From contig NC_057719.1 of NCBI RefSeq assembly GCF_004010195.1, positions 35,154,137 to 35,218,136 of the forward strand: a DNA stretch of 64,000 nt, given 5' to 3'. Numbering within the stretch: position 1 is the stretch's first letter; every line of letters starts with the position of its first letter. Under the pieces are notes generated by a model, which saw only the letters and a list, made by a program, of their open reading frames with translations, did not search any database and was not told the origin of the DNA. This stretch comes from Chiloscyllium plagiosum. Lineage: Eukaryota. This document shows, one piece after another, positions 1 to 9,399 of the stretch. The position numbers and the translations under genes were made by a program.

Positions 1-98
1 GAATCTTCTGTTCCCTAGATGCTGCCTGACCTGCTGTGCTGTTCCAGCAATAAAGTTTCGGCTTTGATCTCCAGCGTCTGCAGACCTCACTTTCTACT
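1..98 (+). mobile_element. 3' terminus of a PLE family-1 element, cut by the window start
   Basis: gatgctgcctgacctgctg...ctgcagacctcactttct is the same terminus as in the copies at 736-858 and 7910-8022. Confidence 0.75.
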
Positions 99-560
99 CA
101 AGTGAAGTTCATTGCAAGCTGGACCTCATCATCCACAAAGATACCAATATGGAGTTTCACAATTTCAGAACATGAACATCTTCCTCCAGGTTTGCTGGCC
201 ACCCCCAACAAAGTTGATCCTGATTTGTATGGTTTGCTCCCAGCACAGCCAACCCATTTTCAAATATTCACAGTGCCCAGTTAGCATTTTGCTCTCTTAG
301 TTTATCATCAGCAATCCCTTTGTCTGCTTCTCTTTATTCTCTCTCTCAGCACGTCTCCATCAATTTGATTCACACTTTCCTCTCTCTCTTCCTTCTATCA
401 CCACTACACACCACACATTAAGTCATAAGCTAAATAACTATATTTCCCAACTGCTTTCAATTCTGACAAAAGGTCACAACATTCAGCATTAACTCTGTTT
501 TTCTCTTCACAAATGCTGCTGAGTTTCTCCAGCACTTTCTGTTTTTATGGCATCATTCAG

Positions 561-858
561 GCTTGAAAATGTGTTGCTGGAAAAGCGCAGCAGGTCAGGC
601 AGCATCCAGGGAACAGGAGAATCGACGTTTTGGGCATAAGCCCTTCTTCAGGAACCATACAAATCAGGTTCAACTTTGTTGGAGGTGGCCAGCAAACCTG
701 GAGGAACATGCTCATGTTCTGAAATTGTGAAACTCCTGAAGAAGGGCTTATGCCCAAAACGTCGATTCTCCCGTTCCCTGGATGCTGCCTGACCTGCTGC
801 GCTTTTCCAGCAACACATTTTCAGCTCTGATCGCCAGCATCTGCAGACCTCACTTTCT
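561..858. mobile_element. Fold-back PLE family-1 insertion with two hammerhead motifs and a captured 84-bp spacer
   Basis: Inverted arms ~565-654 and ~734-825; TSD CATCATTCAG at 551-560 and 859-868. Confidence 0.85.
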
Positions 859-1036
859 CATCATTCAGTCTATGACTGATACGTACAAACATTCACATCC
901 CCCACAAGGCAAGGGCATGTCCAGTATGAAAATCTTCCCTTGATATTGATCTTCATTCAAACAATATCTTGGTGCTACCCTCACTGAACCCCACACCAGG
1001 AGCCGGGGAATTAACAGTGACCATCAACTTAACTTG

Positions 1037-1230
1037 CTGAAAATGTGTTGCTGGAAAAGCGCAACAGGTCAGGCAGCATCCAGGGAACAGGAGAATCGAC
1101 GTTTCGGGCATAAGCCCTTCTTATGCCCGAACGTCGATTCTCCTGTTCCCTGGATGCTGCCTGACTTGTTGCGCTTTTCCAGCAACACATTTTCAGCTCT
1201 GATCTCCAGCATCAGCAGACCTCACTTTCT
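1037..1230. mobile_element. Fold-back PLE family-1 insertion, inverted within the hammerhead
   Basis: Near-perfect inverted arms joined at gcccttc|ttatgccc; TSD CATCAACTTAACTTG at 1022-1036 and 1231-1245. Confidence 0.85.
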
Positions 1231-2171
1231 CATCAACTTAACTTGACCAGCCATATAAATAGAATAGCTAGAAGAGCAAATCAGAGTCTCAGATTTCTGC
1301 AGCAAGTAACTCAATTCCTGAATTCCTAAAGCAGGAATATTCTCCATTTGCCTAGAAAACTGCAATTCCAACAACACTCAAAAAGTTCAATAAAATCCAG
1401 GATAGAACAGTCTGACTGAATGGCATTTATCCGCCATCTTAAACAGTTAATCCCTCAACTACGACCGCAGAGTCTGAGCAATGTATACTGTCTACCAAAC
1501 ATATTGCAGCAAGTCAACAAGCCTTCAAGGTTGCCTTGTGAAGTTACCAATTAAAATAAGAGCAGCATATTTTTCGGAAACCACTACCTGCAAATGCTCC
1601 CCAGAACTAGTCTGGGAAGGTCGGTACGGACGAGATGGACCGAAGGGTCCGTTCTGTGCTATATGACTCTGTATACTCAATAAGACCTATAAATATGTTG
1701 CCATTCCTTCACTGTTGCTCAGTCAAAAACCTGGAATTCACCCAAAAGAGAAGTACACTGCATGCATTACAACCCTGTATAATATAATTATTACTATCAT
1801 CTTAAAGGCAATTTGATGGCCAAAAAAATGTTGGTTTTGCTAGCTTTGTCAGCACCGTCCACAAGGGCAAATGTAAATAAAATCACTAAAACAAAACGTT
1901 ACAAAATCGAACAGCGGTTAAATAGGACAGGGCTAACTAGGAACCTTCTAAAACCCTACTTTCCACGAAGACACTTGGTTAGGTTTGGACTAAATCCCAC
2001 CCCCGCTCTCCTGATGCCTTGCAACGTTAAAGGCGCTTTACAAATACAACTTGGTGTCACTGACAGTTTACTGCGTGGCCCAGAAACTCGAACATGTTTC
2101 CGAATCATATGGCGTGATTTTCAGCAAGTTAATAGTCAAGCTTATACGGAGTAAGGAAAACCTTCCAGTAC

Positions 2172-2227
2172 CTCTGCAGTTCAGATACAATCGCTCGGAT
2201 ATCGATGGTGTTGAATCGCGACTTCAT
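2172..2227 (-). CDS. NEMF: NEMF (Rqc2/Caliban, ribosome quality control) coding exon 1; the gene continues leftwards beyond the window
   Basis: The minus strand reads ATG AAG TCG CGA TTC AAC ACC ATC GAT ATC CGA GCG ATT GTA TCT GAA CTG CAG AG|GTACTG = MKSRFNTIDIRAIVSELQ. This matches the recalled NEMF N-terminus (human MKSRFSTIDLRAVLAEL) and ends at a GT donor. No exon 2 was found in 1-2171. Confidence 0.9.
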
Positions 2228-2345
2228 TTCGCCGCCAGTTCAAGCCGAGGGTCCTGCCACCGTCTCCGCGGTTATCTGCGCAAGAACCAACTCCATACGG
2301 TAAGAAACAAAGGCCAAACCTCCATACTGCGACCGCGCAAGTCAA
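2228..2345 (-). promoter_or_regulatory. CpG-rich 5'UTR/promoter region of NEMF
   Basis: Local cluster of CpGs (cgccgcc, ctccgcgg, gaccgcgc) directly upstream of the NEMF ATG in an otherwise CpG-depleted window. Confidence 0.6.
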
Positions 2346-2479
2346 AATATTATAGGACAATACCTGAAATATTGAACATATCTGCCAACACTGAAGCTTT
2401 TAAGTAATACTCTCCTGTTTTAACTTAGTGAACAGTACTGGTTACTGGGAAACAGCATTATGCCATTGAAGTTATGCTT

Positions 2480-3250
2480 ATGTGGATTAAATTTGATTTC
2501 ATTGATTTATTGTCACGTACTGAAGTGTAGTGAAAAGTTTTGTTTACGGAAAGTACAAGTAGATCATAATAAGCAAATATGTACAAATCAAAAAGACATA
2601 CAAAGGCATACAAAGTTACATTGCACAGGGTCTGAGCTAGGTGAGATCAACATTAACAAGAGCAGTATTATTTGAGGCTAGAAAGTCCATTCATCAGTAT
2701 TACTATTGGCCGAATAGAAGCTGTTCGTGAATGTGCTCATGCCTGTATTCAGGCTTCTGTATTTTCTACCTGACAGAAGTGGTTATAGGAGATCATTATG
2801 AGGATGCAATGGGTCTTTGATGATGTTGGCAGCCTTTCCACAGTAACAAGCTGTATAAATGGAGTCCATGGATGGAAGGTTAGCTTCTGTGACAGTCTGG
2901 GCTATGCACACCATTTTAGATTAGATTAGATTACTTTAGATTATCTTAGATTAGATTAGATTACTTTAAATTACTCTGTAGTTTCTTATGGTCCTGGGTA
3001 AAGCTGTTGCCATACCAGGCTGTTATGCACTTGGACATTAAGCTTTCAATGGTGCATCTGTAGAAGTTGGTGAGGGTCCGTATTGACATGCCAAATATCC
3101 TGAGCCGCCAGAGGAAGAAAAGGTGTTGTTGTACCTTCTTGACTATCGCTCCAACGCGGTTGGTTATCGTCATTCTGAGGAACTTGATGGTCTCCACCCT
3201 CCCAACCTCAGTTTCATTGATGTAGATGGGGCTAGAGGTTACTCTCAATT
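2480..3250 (-). mobile_element. Rex1/Babar-type LINE 3' fragment, interrupted by (TTAGA)n
   Basis: ORF 2961-3248 reads VKKVQQHLFFLWRLRIFGMSIRTLTNFYRCTIESLMSKCITAWYGN, typical of the Rex1/Babar post-RT region. Confidence 0.7.
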
Positions 3251-4034
3251 CATGGTGATCAGTGATTCTTGGGATTTAAAATGTATGGTCAGGATCGTAA
3301 TGAAGCACAAGCTTATTCATAGCATTTTACACTGTAGATTATTTGCATAAATTCCATTTGTAAACTACTGGATTTTCTTTCCATCATTTTTTAAAGCAAT
3401 TATGTAGAAAATTGTAATAGTGTGTGCAATATCTGATCCTCTGCAGTACCTGTAAAGAACTATTCTCAACTGGTATCAAAAGACAGAGATATACTGTGTT
3501 TTCTTCATACCTTGCCCAAAACTCCAAACCTTGGAGTACTCAGGTTCTCTTCTTGATGCATGTTATCCTGCGGAAACATTTATCCAAAGAAAAAGGATCT
3601 CTCCAGTTGGCCACTGCCATCCAAATAAGACAATTCATAACCACCTTGTCAGACATTTGAACCAGAATTATTTAAGCCATGCTTGTGCTCAAATATGTAT
3701 CAATTGAACTTAAGGAAAACAGATAATGTTTCAGCTCCCACCAAAACTCCATAGTATTGCCTATGCCCCATTCATTCTTCAGCTTTTTGACATGCAGTTG
3801 AGTGAAAATACCAGTCATAACTTTGTTTAAAGGGCCAAATGGACTTTCAAAGCTAAACCAAGCACAGCACAACTTTGTGTTCAAAGAGAAAGGTTTATAT
3901 CTATATGACATTCTCTATGACCACCAGACATTATAAAGCATTTTGCAGCCAATGAAGTACTTTCTGAAGTCTGTTGTAATGTAGGAAATATGGTAACTAA
4001 TTTCTGTTCAGCAAACTCCTGCAAATATGATGAT

Positions 4035-6612
4035 GAACAGAGGAGCAGATTGGAAGGCAGATTTTGGAAAGGTGACTTTTGACATGGGTGACTTTTGAAT
4101 TCCCTAATATTGACTGGAACCTCCTTAATTCAAATACTTTGTCAGGTGTGTCCAGGAAGGATTCCTGACTCAATATGTAGATAGGCTGACTAGAAGGGAG
4201 GCCATATTGGATTTGGTGTTTGGCAACGAACCAGACCAGGTGTCAGATTTCTCAGTGGGAGAGCATTTCAGTGATCACAACTTCCTGACTTTGCTATAGT
4301 CACATACAGGGATAGGAGCAGATGATATGGGAAATTATTTAATTGGGGGAGTGGGAATTACAATGCTATTAGGCAGGAACTGTCTAAATTGGGAACACAT
4401 TCTCAGGAAAATGCATGATAGAAATGTGGAGGTTGTTTAGGGAGGACTGTCTGATAGAGCTGGAGAGGTTTGTCCCACTGAGGCAAGGAGGTCCAAAGTT
4501 AAAAATCACACAACACCAGGTTCTCATCCAACAGATATATTTGGAAGCACTAGGTTTCAGAGTGCTGCTCCTTCATCATGTGGCTTTTAACTTTGTACAC
4601 CCCTGTCCAAATCCGGCACCTCCAAATCATGAGGCAAGGAAGGGGTGGTAGGGTGAAGGAAGCTTAGGTGACAAGGGATGTAGAACATCTAGTCAAAAGG
4701 AAGAAGGAAGCTTACTTAAGGTTGATGAGGCAAGGATCAGACAAGGCTCTAGAGGGTTACAAGGTAGTCAGGAAGGAACTGAAGAATGGACTTAGGAGAG
4801 CCAGATGGGAGCATTAAAACGCTTTAGCGGGTAGGATTAAGGAAAATCCTAAGGCATTCTCTGCTGATGTGGGGAACAAGAAGATGGCCAATGTGAGGGT
4901 AGAGCCAATCAGGGTAGTGGAGGGAATATGTACCTGGAGTCGGAAGAGATGGGGAGGTCCTTAATGAATAATTTGCTTCAATATTCACTACTGAGAGGGA
5001 CTTTGTTGTTTATGAAGACCGCATAAAATAGGCTGATATGCTCGAACAAGTTGATGTTAAAAAAAGAGGATGTGCTCAAAATGTTGAAAAACTTGAGGAT
5101 AGATAAGTCTCCTGGGCAAGACGGGATATACCCAAGGTTACTATGGAAATGAGGGAAGAGATTATCAGCAATGATCTTTGCGTCCTCACTGAGTAGTGCC
5201 AGGTGATTGGAGGTTAGCAAATGTTATTCCCTTGTTCAAGAAAGGGAATAGGGATAATCCTGGGAATTACAGACCAGTCAGTCTCATGTCTGTGGTGGGC
5301 AAATTATTAGAAAGGATTTTGAGAGACTGGATATATGATTACTCAGAAAACCATAGTTTGATTCGAGATAGCCAGCATGGCTTTTCAAGGAGCAGGTCAT
5401 ACCTCACAAGCCTTATTGAGTTCTTTGAGAATGTGAAGAAACAAGTTGATGAAGATCAAGCAGTGGATGTGGTATACGTGGATTTTAGCAAGGCAATGGA
5501 TAAGGCTCCCCATGATAGGCTCATTCAAAAAGTAAGGAGGCAAGGGATACAGGGAAATTTGGCTGTCTGGATACAGAATTGGCTGGCCCATAGCGGACAG
5601 AGGGTGGTAGTAAAAGAAAAGTATTCAGCCTGGAGCTCGGTGATCAGTGGTGTTCTGCAGGGATCTAATCTGGGACCTCTGCTTGATGTGATTTTTATAA
5701 ATAACTTGGATGAAGAAGTGGAAGGGTGTATTAGCAAGTTTGCCAATGACATGAAGGTTGGTGGACTAATGGATAGTGCAGAGGGCTATTGGAGGCAACA
5801 ACGGGATATTGACAAGATGCAGAACTGGGCTGATAAGTGGCAGATGGAGTTCAACCTGGAAAAGTGTGAAGTGATTCATTTTGAAAGGTCAAATATGAAT
5901 ACAGAATACAGGGATAAAGGCAAGATTCTTGGCAGTGTGGAGAAACAGAGGGATCTTGGGGTCCATGTCTATAGATCCCTCAAAGTTGCCACCCAAGTTG
6001 GTAAGAAGGCATGTGGTGCTTTGGCTTTCATTAGTAGGGGGACTGAGTTTAAAAGCTGTGAAGTTATGCTGCAGCTTTATAGAGCACTGGTTCAACAACA
6101 CTTGGAATATAGTGTTCAGTTCTGGACACCTTATTATAACGAAGGATGACGAAGCTTTACAGAGGTTGCAGAGGAGATTTACCAGGATGCTGCCTGGACT
6201 GGAGGGCATGTCTTAGGTTGAGAGAGCTAAGGCTTTTCTCATTGGAGCAAAGGAGGCTGAGAGATGACTTGATAGAGGTGTACAAAATGATGAGAGGCAT
6301 AGATAGGATGAATAGTCAGAGACTTTTTCCCAGGGCAGAAATGGCTATCACAAGGGGGCATAAGTTTAAGGTGACTGGAGGAAGGTTTGGGGAGATGTCA
6401 GAGGTCGGTTCTTTACACAAAGAGTGGTAGGTGCGTGAAATGGACTGCCAGAGGTGGTAGTAAAGTCAGATACATTAGAACTCTTGGATAGGCACATGGA
6501 TGATAGTAAAAGAAGGGTATATACGTTAGTTTAATCTTTAGAGTAGGATAAAAAGTCAGCACAACATCAAGGGATGAAAGGCCTGAACTATGCTGTACTG
6601 TTCTTTGTTCTA
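4035..6612 (+). mobile_element. Degraded CR1/HER1-type LINE (end of endonuclease, RT, 3' tail)
   Basis: ORF 5196-6149 has WRLANVIPLFKKG, NYRPVSL, SQHGF, YVDFSKA and GVLQGSNLGP, with stops and frameshifts elsewhere. 3' tail ctgtactgttctttgttct. Confidence 0.9.
4490..4629. mobile_element. Short inverted PLE family-2 terminus inserted in the CR1
   Basis: Homologous to 35341-35460; TSD TGAGGCAAGGA at 4479-4489 and 4630-4640. Confidence 0.75.
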
Positions 6613-7259
6613 AATACTTTGAAATCTTCTTTCAGGTACCTGAATTCACAGGATTTGTTGAGCTGCATTGTTGTAGTCCCTTTTCCATCACTAAGTTATT
6701 TATGACTTTTAGCTTTAATGTTGAACACAAACCATTCATAAGTTACGTACAATTTAGGTGAAAGCATGTCTTCAATGTTTCAAAATCTCCACAGTTAATT
6801 TATTTTCTTGAGATCTATTTAGGGTGGAATACACTTTGCAATAATCTCTCCTCAACTGCGATAGAAGTGATGTCATTCATAGTTGCTCTGACTTGTTGAT
6901 TACATCTGCTGCAATTTCATAATTTTGCCTTAATAAGTGGAAAAGCAACTGCCTGTTCCACGACATATCACCTTACATTTTGACCAGTGCCAGGATAGGA
7001 AAATTTGCAGTCATTATGTCTTACTAATACTTTCATGTTGATTGACTTCTGTGTTTGAACTTGCATATTATCATGGTTAGACTTTCATCATGTTACTGAC
7101 AAGCAAGTGATCTGTATTAGAATTTGACTATCATAAGTGCAAATGTAAAGAGCGCTGGATGGATTGCATCTTATGATGATTATCAGGTCATGTTAGTGCC
7201 AGTGGCCTGTTGCTCACATGGTGCCATGACAATTTGTGCAAATGTCTTCTAATTTATAG

Positions 7260-7585
7260 AATTCCTACAGTGTGGAAGCAGGCCATTCAGTCCATCAAGT
7301 CCACACCAACTGTCCAAAGAGCATCCCACCCAGACCTAACACCCTACCCTATCCCTGTAGCCCTATATTTCCCAAGGCTAAACCACCTACCCTGCACATC
7401 CCTCAACGCAAGGAGGAACCTAGCGTGGCCAGTTCACCTAACCTGCTTAACTTTGGATGATGGGAGGAAACCCATGCAGACACGGGGAAAATGTGCAAAC
7501 TGCACACAGACAGTTGCTCAAGGGTGGAATTGAACGTGGGTCCCTGATGTTGTGGGGCTAACCACTGAGCCACCAGGTTGCCCTT
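7260..7585 (-). mobile_element. HE1-type tRNA-derived SINE, degraded
   Basis: The reverse complement has a tRNA-like head (GGTGGCTCAGTGGTTAG...GTTCAATTCC), the central GTGTGCAGTTTGCACATT region and the LINE-shared tail GGCCTGCTTCCACACTGTA. Confidence 0.8.
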
Positions 7586-7818
7586 AAGAATGAACAGGCA
7601 GCTATAAAAGAAGATAAAATAAAATAAACCAAAAGATTTAAATATAAATATATTTGGAAGATTTTAAAACACATAGTAAAACTACAACTCCATCTATCCC
7701 ACTTTATTGTGTTCAAACACCAAAGAGAATTTGCTTTTCTATCACATCTATCAGTTTAACTTAACTTTTTCTTTCAGTTTCCAATCTTGAGAGTTTGACA
7801 GACTCATCCTTAAAAGCA

Positions 7819-8022
7819 GCTGAAAATGTGTTGCTGGAAAAGCGCAGCAGGTCAGGCAGCATCCAGGGAACAGGAGAATCGACGTTTCGGGCATAAGCCC
7901 TTCCTCAGGCTTATGCCCGAAACGTCGATTCTCCTGTTCCCTGGATGCTGCCTGACCTGCTGCGCTTTTCCAGCAACACATTTTCAGCTCTGATCTCCAG
8001 CATCTGCAGACCTCACTTTCTC
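7819..8022. mobile_element. Fold-back PLE family-1 insertion, probably young
   Basis: Essentially perfect inverted arms; 16-bp TSD CTCATCCTTAAAAGCA at 7803-7818 and 8023-8038. Confidence 0.9.
7881..7908 (-). ncRNA. Minimal hammerhead ribozyme core (stem I disrupted by the inversion)
   Basis: Minus strand CUGAGGA-A-GGGC-UUAU-GCCC-GAAA-CG-UC. Confidence 0.6.
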
Positions 8023-8419
8023 CTCATCCTTAAAAGCACACAAGCTGAGCCTAGACTTTCTCAGTTTCAAATAATCCTTTCGGGGTTCTAACCAACAGTT
8101 CTTGTTGGGCTCAACAAAAATCATTATACTGGGGTAACCTATTTTCTAAATTAACACCTTTCTTTAGGAGAAACTTTTTAAATATTAAACTTAAAACAGG
8201 ATTTCTGCAAACTGGAAAAAAGCTTTCCAAATAACGAGGTCTTCTCCAAGCAAAAGAATCCTGATTTTTCTAAACTAATGCTCCCACTGTTGTTCTGCCC
8301 ACTCAAAATTCTCCCAATGCAAACAAAATCCCATTAGTATCCCAGAAACTGCTTCCCTCATATTGGTTTTAGAAAACGCATTATACCAAAAATAATGACA
8401 AGCTAATTATTAAACTCCT

Positions 8420-8750
8420 TAATACATTCACACCAAAACCCACATGACACAAGTTCAAAATCCAACTGTCAATGTTCTGTAAATGGTTTCAAAATGTACA
8501 CAAGGCCTGTATGTGCACTTCTATTATACTGCAGAGCTTGGATAACCTGTACCAACCGAGAAACAGGGCTCAATAATTTCCATTAACAAAATGTACAATA
8601 GACTCTCAATATCACACTAAGAGACAAAGTCACCAAAAATACAATAATTTCTAGGGTAAGTATGCCAAGCTTAGTGAGGCTAATCAAAAGGATAAGGTTT
8701 CTCTGGTTTGGACATGTACGCAGGGTGGACGACTATATTCCTATAGTCAC
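8420..8750 (+). mobile_element. Degraded RTE-type LINE fragment
   Basis: Translates to RIRFLWFGHVRRVDDYIP, resembling the RTE RWxGHVxRMxDxRIP motif. Confidence 0.45.
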
Positions 8751-8799
8751 TAAGAAAGAAAGTAGCGATGGAAGGGTGCTGATCCCTGCTGTTTTTTTT

Positions 8800-8950
8800 T
8801 TAAGATTACATTACAGCGTGGAAACAGGCCCTTCGGCCCAACAAGTCCACACCCATACCCCTACATTTACCCCTTACCTAACACTACGGGCAATGTACCT
8901 TGGCCAATTCACCTGACCTGCACATCTTTGGACTGTGGGAGGAAACCCTT
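8800..8950 (-). mobile_element. HE1-type SINE 3' fragment
   Basis: gtggaaacaggcccttcggcccaacaagtccacac...gcacatctttggactgtgggaggaaacc is shared with the full copies. Confidence 0.75.
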
Positions 8951-9399
8951 GTAATATATATGTGATTTGGAAGAGAATGTAGGTGACCTGATAAAGTAAG
9001 TTTATAGATGACCTCAGGAATGGGGGAGCTACAGATAGTGAGAAGGATTGCCAGAGGATACTTTAAGATATATAACATTCATCAGCAACTGCTGCAATTT
9101 ATTGACAGGAGCAGTTCACCAGGAAGACTTCAACAATGCCTCTCTCACTTCCACTATGGACCAGACTGTATACCCAGAATGCCAGGCACTTACTCACTTA
9201 TCAAAGCAAATCACCTACAGAGGTTTTGAGTCTCCAGTGTGCTCTCATGAGGCAGAGGAAGTGCTACAAGGACATTCCGAGAGGCTTGCCCGTAATCGCT
9301 GCACGTAACAGTAAACAACTAAAGCGACATGGCCTCTGTTGAAAACAAGAACCTGCCAGAAGCAGAGACAGAACCTGAAAAAAAGGAAATCTCAAGGCA

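Noticed and set aside
561..1230. CRISPR-like repeat-spacer-repeat arrangement
   Set aside because: The repeats are inverted, about 90 bp long, flanked by TSDs and in a eukaryotic context, with no array periodicity or cas genes.
1034..8022. Recurrent peptide MCCWKSAAGQAASREQENRRFGHKP as a small gene family
   Set aside because: It is the antisense translation of the non-coding PLE terminus, with no splice or promoter context.
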